Virus genome (UHGV): UHGV-0045723
Length of the DNA: 44,729 bases
Origin: a virus
Reading direction: 5' to 3' (one strand)
Numbering within the stretch: position 1 is the stretch's first letter; every line of letters begins with the position of its first letter. The translations under genes were made by a program, and so were the position numbers. The notes beneath the pieces are model-generated. The model did no database searches. It saw nothing but the letters and a program-made list of their open reading frames with translations, and had not been told where the DNA came from. Below, piece by piece: positions 39,747-44,729 of the stretch.

Positions 39747-39916
39747 AGCGAAACAACGAACAGGCAGGACGCCCACGAAGTAGCCGCCTGGGGCATATGA
39801 AGTCTAGGATGATTCGTTGAGTCATGTTGTGCCACCAGGCACTCATGTTAAAGCAGGTGTATGAAATGAAAGTCCAGATTTTAAACAATAACTGTGAAGT
39901 CGTTTGGGCGTAAAAC

Positions 39917-40123
39917 ATGACCGCGCGTAGACCAAGGGAGGAAAAAGTGGGAATAGTTAGAAATCAAGCAGATATATTGAAAATCAGCTCTGAATTACTT
40001 GGAGTTTTGAAAAGTGAGCTCACCGCACATGGCATCGAGCCCACTGACGAAAATTTAAGTTGGGTTTTGTCGATTATTCAACAATCACTCAAGCCCAGCC
40101 TCAGCAAACTTTTTATCGAGTAG
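39917..40123 (+). CDS. Small hypothetical early protein
   Basis: 68-aa ORF; a likelier start is the GTG at 39947, preceded by AGGGAGG. Confidence 0.35.
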   Translation: MTARRPREEKVGIVRNQADILKISSELLGVLKSELTAHGIEPTDENLSWVLSIIQQSLKPSLSKLFIE

Positions 40124-40276
40124 TGCTTCGAACTTATCGTAAAGCTTGCTTATGTCGTCTATCGGGTTTTCTGACGTACTGTAATTTTTATCTGATGTCA
40201 TGGCAGCAGTCTGATATGCAGTGTGAGTCTTAACCGATAGTTGGAATAAATAAAGAATTTTTTCTTCTTTGGTCAT
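40085..40276 (-). CDS. Small hypothetical protein (AT-rich, antisense to early-left operon)
   Basis: 63-aa ORF from the ATG at 40276 with AAGGA RBS. Confidence 0.3.
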   Translation of the reverse strand: MTKEEKILYLFQLSVKTHTAYQTAAMTSDKNYSTSENPIDDISKLYDKFEALLDKKFAEAGLE

Positions 40277-40399
40277 AACTATTTCCTTCTTGGCTATATG
40301 AAAACACCAAGATACCACCGAGCCTGAAGTGGTGAAAAGACAGGCACATAACAGCTAAGTATTTTCAACCAAAGAGAATCCTTAGCGTTGTGGTGAATG

Positions 40400-40690
40400 C
40401 GGCTCAGCGCACGCGGGTTAAGGTTGAGGCTGACAGTCGACCTTCTGTGGATACCCACCCGTCTGGTGTGCAACCTTCGCCAGGCACCGGGAGGCACCCG
40501 GCACCACAACTTTATGCTGTATGTAGTCCTGGCGGTACCAGTTTGTACCCTTGCTTCCGGCTGGTACCGTCCTTTTTACAAAACAGAGAAGAGCATCACC
40601 GGACGACGGGCTCATAACCCAATCCATCCGGGCGGCTGCCACCGCAGGTGTTCTTCTCTGTTTTGTGGAGAAACTAATCGGCCTTGCAGG
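40400..40690. other. Structured non-coding region (candidate ncRNA or leader)
   Basis: 15-bp perfect stem (40578-40592 with 40652-40666), GGCGGTACCAG...CTGGTACCG hairpin plus T-run at 40541-40577, CCGGG/CCCGG hairpin near 40487-40501; ORFs here have implausible composition. Confidence 0.3.
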
Positions 40691-40822
40691 GTCGATATGA
40701 TGAGGAGCAGCAAAATGGCTAGCGAACGCAGTACTGATGTGCAGGCATTTATCGGGGAGCTGGACGGCGGCGTATTTGAAACCAAAATCGGCGCAGTTCT
40801 CAGTTAAGTCGCTTCCGGTGTG

Positions 40823-41077
40823 ATGAACACGAAAACCAAAGGTAAGGTCTCACTCAACCTGGAAATCGAACCATTTGATGAGAACCGTGTGAAAATCAAA
40901 CACAAACTCTCATATGTTCGCCCGACTAACCGCGGGAAAATTTCCGAAGAAGACACCACCGAAACGCCGATGTATGTCAATCGCGGTGGTCGCCTGACTA
41001 TTCTGCAGGAAGACCAGGGACAGTTACTGACTCTTGCCGGTGAACCTGACGGAAAACTCCGCGCAGCAGGTCGTTAA
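40823..41077 (+). CDS. Hypothetical early protein, possible C-terminal part of a gene split by an in-frame stop
   Basis: 84-aa ORF from ATG; same frame as a 36-codon ORF at 40696-40807, separated by one TAA. Confidence 0.45.
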   Translation: MNTKTKGKVSLNLEIEPFDENRVKIKHKLSYVRPTNRGKISEEDTTETPMYVNRGGRLTILQEDQGQLLTLAGEPDGKLRAAGR

Positions 41078-41142
41078 TATCGTTTTTAATTAACTGATTA
41101 TTTATCTCATCACTGAATATCTTTATATAGTGAGGACTTATT

Positions 41143-41967
41143 ATGTCTCAGAACTTAGACGCAACCGCAATTAATCAAATCCATGCCCTTATTTCTGCTC
41201 AGGGTGTTAATGAAATTATCAGTAAGATTGGTGCCGATGCTGTGGCATTGCCTGAGAATTTCCGCATTCATGATCTGGAAAAATTTAATTTAAATCGCTT
41301 CCGTTTCCGTGGTGCGCTTTCCACTGCCAGCATCGATGACTTTACCCGTTATTCTAAAGATCTTGCAGATGAAGGCACCCGCTGCTTTATCGATGCTGAT
41401 AATATGCGTGCCGTCAGTGTGCTTAACCTGGGTACTATTGATGAACCAGGTCACGCAGATAACACCGCCACTCTCAAACTGAAAAAGACAGCACCGTTCT
41501 CTGCTCTGTTGTCTGTTAACGGCGAGCGTAACTCCCAGAAGTCACTGGCAGAATGGATTGAAGACTGGGCCGACTACCTTGTGGGCTTTGATGCTAATGG
41601 TGACGCCATTCAGGCAACAAAAGCGGCTGCGGCAGTCCGTAAAATCACAATTGAAGCGAACCAGACTGCTGATTTTGAAGACAATGACTTCAGCGGCAAA
41701 CGCTCCCTGATGGAGTCTGTCGAAGCGAAGACCAAAGACATTATGCCAGTGGCATTTGAATTTAAATGCGTTCCGTTTGAAGGCCTGAAAGAACGTCCAT
41801 TTAAATTACGACTCAGCATTATCACTGGTGATCGCCCTGTACTGGTTCTGCGCATTATTCAGCTGGAAGCAGTGCAGGAAGAAATGGCTAACGAATTTCG
41901 TGATCTGCTTGTTGAGAAATTCAAAGACAGCAAAGTCGAAACCTTTATTGGTACTTTCACCGCCTGA
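41143..41967 (+). CDS. DUF2303-type protein (YfdQ-like)
   Basis: 274-aa ORF; size and order match the CPS-53-type yfdQRST module as I recall it. Confidence 0.65.
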   Translation: MSQNLDATAINQIHALISAQGVNEIISKIGADAVALPENFRIHDLEKFNLNRFRFRGALSTASIDDFTRYSKDLADEGTRCFIDADNMRAVSVLNLGTIDEPGHADNTATLKLKKTAPFSALLSVNGERNSQKSLAEWIEDWADYLVGFDANGDAIQATKAAAAVRKITIEANQTADFEDNDFSGKRSLMESVEAKTKDIMPVAFEFKCVPFEGLKERPFKLRLSIITGDRPVLVLRIIQLEAVQEEMANEFRDLLVEKFKDSKVETFIGTFTA

Positions 41968-42094
41968 TTTCATTACTGCAAATGCCCCTGCGGGGGCATT
42001 TATGGAAACGTAATTAACTCAATAATCACCGGATGGTGAGGGCTTCCTTTTACCAGAATTCAGCGCGGTGCAGCGCATATACGTGGAGAACAAA

Positions 42095-42631
42095 ATGTCA
42101 TTTATTAAAACTTTTTCCGGGAAGCATTTTTATTATGACAGGATAAATAAAGACGACATCGTGATTAACGATATCGCAGTTTCCCTCTCAAATATCTGTC
42201 GCTTTGCAGGGCATCTTTCACACTTCTACAGCGTCGCCCAACATGCGGTGCTTTGCAGCCAGCTGGTACCGCAGGAGTTTGCTTTCGAAGCGTTAATGCA
42301 TGATGCAACAGAAGCGTATTGTCAGGACATTCCCGCACCACTGAAACGCCTTCTTCCTGACTATAAACAAATGGAAGAAAAAATAGACGCCGTAATCCGT
42401 GAGAAATACGGGTTACCCCCAGTTATGAGTACGCCCGTGAAATATGCCGATCTCATCATGCTGGCAACCGAACGCCGCGATCTCGGGCTTGATGATGGCT
42501 CTTTCTGGCCTGTACTGGAAGGTATCCCGGCAACAGAGATGTTCAACGTGATTCCACTGGCACCGGGCCATGCCTACGGGATGTTTATGGAACGCTTTAA
42601 CGAGTTATCGGAGTTACGCAAATGCGCATGA
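42095..42631 (+). CDS. yfdR: HD-domain 5'-deoxynucleotidase (YfdR-like)
   Basis: 178-aa product from MSFIKTFSGKHFYYD; HD context FAGHLSHFYSVAQHAVLC...LMHDATEAY. Confidence 0.7.
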   Translation: MSFIKTFSGKHFYYDRINKDDIVINDIAVSLSNICRFAGHLSHFYSVAQHAVLCSQLVPQEFAFEALMHDATEAYCQDIPAPLKRLLPDYKQMEEKIDAVIREKYGLPPVMSTPVKYADLIMLATERRDLGLDDGSFWPVLEGIPATEMFNVIPLAPGHAYGMFMERFNELSELRKCA

Positions 42632-42984
42632 ATGTTTTCGAAATGGAAGGGTTTCTTCGTGGGAGATGTGTACCGCGAGATCTGAAAGTAAATGAAACAG
42701 ATGCTGAATACCTGGTGCGTAAATTCGATGCGCTTGAAGCTAAATGTGCAGCACAGGAAAACAAAGTAATACCAGTGTCAACTGAACTGCCACCAGCAAA
42801 TGAAAGTGTTTTGTTATTCGATGCTAACGGAGAAGGCTGGCTAATTGGCTGGCGTTCTCTCTGGTACACCTGGGGACAAAAAGAAACCGGAGAATGGCAG
42901 TGGACATTTCAGGTCGGGGACCTTGAAAACGTCAATATCACTCACTGGGCAGTAATGCCAAAAGCACCGGAGGCTGGAGCATAA
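42622..42984 (+). CDS. YfdS-like protein
   Basis: 120-aa ORF overlapping neighbours in operon. Confidence 0.6.
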   Translation: MRMNVFEMEGFLRGRCVPRDLKVNETDAEYLVRKFDALEAKCAAQENKVIPVSTELPPANESVLLFDANGEGWLIGWRSLWYTWGQKETGEWQWTFQVGDLENVNITHWAVMPKAPEAGA

Positions 42985-43289
42985 TGACCACTTTTACCGA
43001 CAAAGAACTGATTAAAGAAATTAAAGAGCGTATCAGCAGCCTTGACGTGCGAGACGATATTGAGCGCCGTGCTTATGAAATCGCACTCCTATCTCTGGAA
43101 GTAGAACCAGATGAACGCGAAGCTTATGAATTATTCATGGAAAAGCGTTTCGGTGACTTAGTAGATCGTCGGAGAGCAAAAAACGGCGATAACGAATACA
43201 TGGCATGGGATATGACTCTCGGTTGGATCGTCTGGCAGCAACGAGCTGGTATCCATTTTTCAACAATGTCACAGCAAGAGGTGAAATAA
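42984..43289 (+). CDS. YfdT-like protein
   Basis: 101-aa ORF; stop overlaps the next start. Confidence 0.6.
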   Translation: MTTFTDKELIKEIKERISSLDVRDDIERRAYEIALLSLEVEPDEREAYELFMEKRFGDLVDRRRAKNGDNEYMAWDMTLGWIVWQQRAGIHFSTMSQQEVK

Positions 43290-43639
43290 TGGAGCCATAC
43301 AGCCTCACACTCGATGAGGCCTGTCATTTTCTCAAGATATCCAGACCGACTGCCATTAACTGGATACGCACAGGGCGTCTTCAGGCAACACGCAAAGATC
43401 CCACTAAGAATAAATCTCCTTACCTCACAACACGACAAGCCTGCATTGCGGCTCTTCAGTCTCCGCTGCATACTGTCCAGGTGAGCGCGGGTGATGGCAT
43501 AACAGAGGAAAGAAAATGTCACTCTTCCGCAGAGGTGAAATATGGTACGCCAGTTTCACATTGCCGAACGGTAAAAGATTTAAACAGTCTCTTGGAACAA
43601 AGGACAAAAGGCAGGCGACAGAACTCCATGACAAGCTAA
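43289..43639 (+). CDS. Excisionase-like HTH protein
   Basis: N-terminal [31 protein letters not shown]; directly upstream of and overlapping int; 3' end uncertain. Confidence 0.5.
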   Translation: MEPYSLTLDEACHFLKISRPTAINWIRTGRLQATRKDPTKNKSPYLTTRQACIAALQSPLHTVQVSAGDGITEERKCHSSAEVKYGTPVSHCRTVKDLNSLLEQRTKGRRQNSMTS

Positions 43640-44679
43640 AGGCTGAAGCATGGCGGGTCAGCAAACTTGGTGAAATACCTGATATAACGTTCGAGGAAGC
43701 GTGTGTCAGGTGGCTTGAAGAGAAAGCACATAAAAAATCACTGGACGATGACAAAAGCCGGATCGGATTCTGGCTTCAACATTTCGCAGGAATGCAACTA
43801 AGAGACATTACTGAATCAAAAATTTATTCAGCAATGCAGAAAATGACGAACCGGCGTCATGAGGAAAACTGGAAACTCAGGGCAGAAGCATGCAGAAAAA
43901 AAGGGAAACCTGTTCCAGAATACACGCCAAAACCAGCGTCCGTTGCAACGAAGGCTACGCATCTTTCATTTATAAAGGCCCTACTAAGAGCCGCAGAGCG
44001 TGAATGGAAAATGCTGGATAAGGCACCAATTATTAAAGTGCCTCAACCAAAGAATAAACGGATCCGCTGGCTGGAGCCTCATGAAGCACAAAGGCTGATT
44101 GATGAATGTCCGGAGCCATTAAAGTCTGTTGTTGAATTTGCACTGGCAACAGGCTTAAGACGCTCGAACATCATCAACCTTGAATGGCAACAAATAGATA
44201 TGCAGCGCCGGGTGGCATGGATAAACCCGGAAGAGAGTAAATCAAACCGCGCAATTGGCGTTGCGCTGAATGATACTGCATGTCGCGTATTGAAAAAACA
44301 AATCGGGAATCATCACCGTTGGGTATTTGTGTACAAGGAAAGCTGTACCAAACCAGACGGAACGAAAGCGCCAACAGTCAGGAAGATGCGGTATGACGCA
44401 AACACAGCCTGGAAAGCGGCGCTGAGACGAGCTGGTATTGATGATTTCAGATTTCATGACTTGAGACACACCTGGGCAAGTTGGCTGGTTCAAGCCGGTG
44501 TCCCGTTGTCAGTGTTACAGGAAATGGGAGGCTGGGAGTCTATCGAAATGGTTCGTCGATATGCTCACCTCGCACCTAATCACCTTACCGAACACGCACG
44601 GCAAATAGACTCGATCCTGAACCCATCGGTCCCAAATTTGTCCCAGTCAAAAAATAAGGAAGGTACTAATGATGTGTAA
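43516..44679 (+). CDS. int: Tyrosine integrase
   Basis: 387-aa ORF with C-terminal [40 protein letters not shown]; ends 14 nt from the tRNA. Confidence 0.9.
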   Translation: MSLFRRGEIWYASFTLPNGKRFKQSLGTKDKRQATELHDKLKAEAWRVSKLGEIPDITFEEACVRWLEEKAHKKSLDDDKSRIGFWLQHFAGMQLRDITESKIYSAMQKMTNRRHEENWKLRAEACRKKGKPVPEYTPKPASVATKATHLSFIKALLRAAEREWKMLDKAPIIKVPQPKNKRIRWLEPHEAQRLIDECPEPLKSVVEFALATGLRRSNIINLEWQQIDMQRRVAWINPEESKSNRAIGVALNDTACRVLKKQIGNHHRWVFVYKESCTKPDGTKAPTVRKMRYDANTAWKAALRRAGIDDFRFHDLRHTWASWLVQAGVPLSVLQEMGGWESIEMVRRYAHLAPNHLTEHARQIDSILNPSVPNLSQSKNKEGTNDV

Positions 44680-44693
44680 CTTATTGATTTAAA

Positions 44694-44729
44694 TGGTGCC
44701 GATAATAGGAGTCGAACCTACGACCTTCG
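44694..44729 (-). tRNA. thrW: tRNA-Thr(CGU) 3' end, truncated by window edge
   Basis: tggtgccgataataggagtcgaacctacgaccttcg is the reverse complement of the tRNA-Thr T-arm/acceptor end with CCA. Confidence 0.7.

Noticed and set aside
40541-40670. Retron-like msr/msd element suggested by the long flanking inverted repeat
   Set aside because: No adjacent reverse transcriptase; the only RT in the window is 37 kb away on a different element and is UG/DRT-type.
40397-40807. 136-aa Arg/Cys-rich ORF across the structured region
   Set aside because: Implausible composition and coincides with strong RNA secondary-structure signals; treated as non-coding apart from the short 40696-40807 ORF.

Overview
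The window is dominated by a ~40 kb prophage (about 4.49-44.69 kb) with lambdoid regulation, an HK97-type head and a Mu-like contractile tail, integrated at the 3' end of a tRNA-Thr(CGU) gene. Reading right to left, the minus-strand backbone is: Cro-like/replication/RusA/Dam/Q, a lysis cassette (holin, lambda-R-like endolysin, Rz/Rz1), HNH-terminase, portal-protease-capsid, sheath-tube-chaperone-tape measure-baseplate, and a Gin/Pin-type invertible tail-fibre switch. The plus strand carries the CI-like repressor, a yfdQRST-like early-left operon, xis and int. Left of the prophage (1-4.49 kb) is the end of a separate, decayed island carrying a DRT1-like reverse transcriptase-nitrilase fusion, an integrase pseudogene and a partial tRNA-Thr repeat. 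The best candidate for an undescribed system is an AT-rich, opposite-strand two-gene operon between Q and the holin (30443-32835): a zinc-ribbon/NdpA-like protein plus a membrane protein. Other items worth a look are a tandem T7-like/SP6-like promoter pair with a consensus RBS in the late region, a GIY-YIG protein at the prophage edge, a membrane-protein moron inside the tail operon, and a structured non-coding region in the early-left operon. No CRISPR array or rRNA was seen. Two N-runs (10314-10332, 27245-27288) are assembly gaps. All protein family calls are from reading motifs by eye, not from searches.
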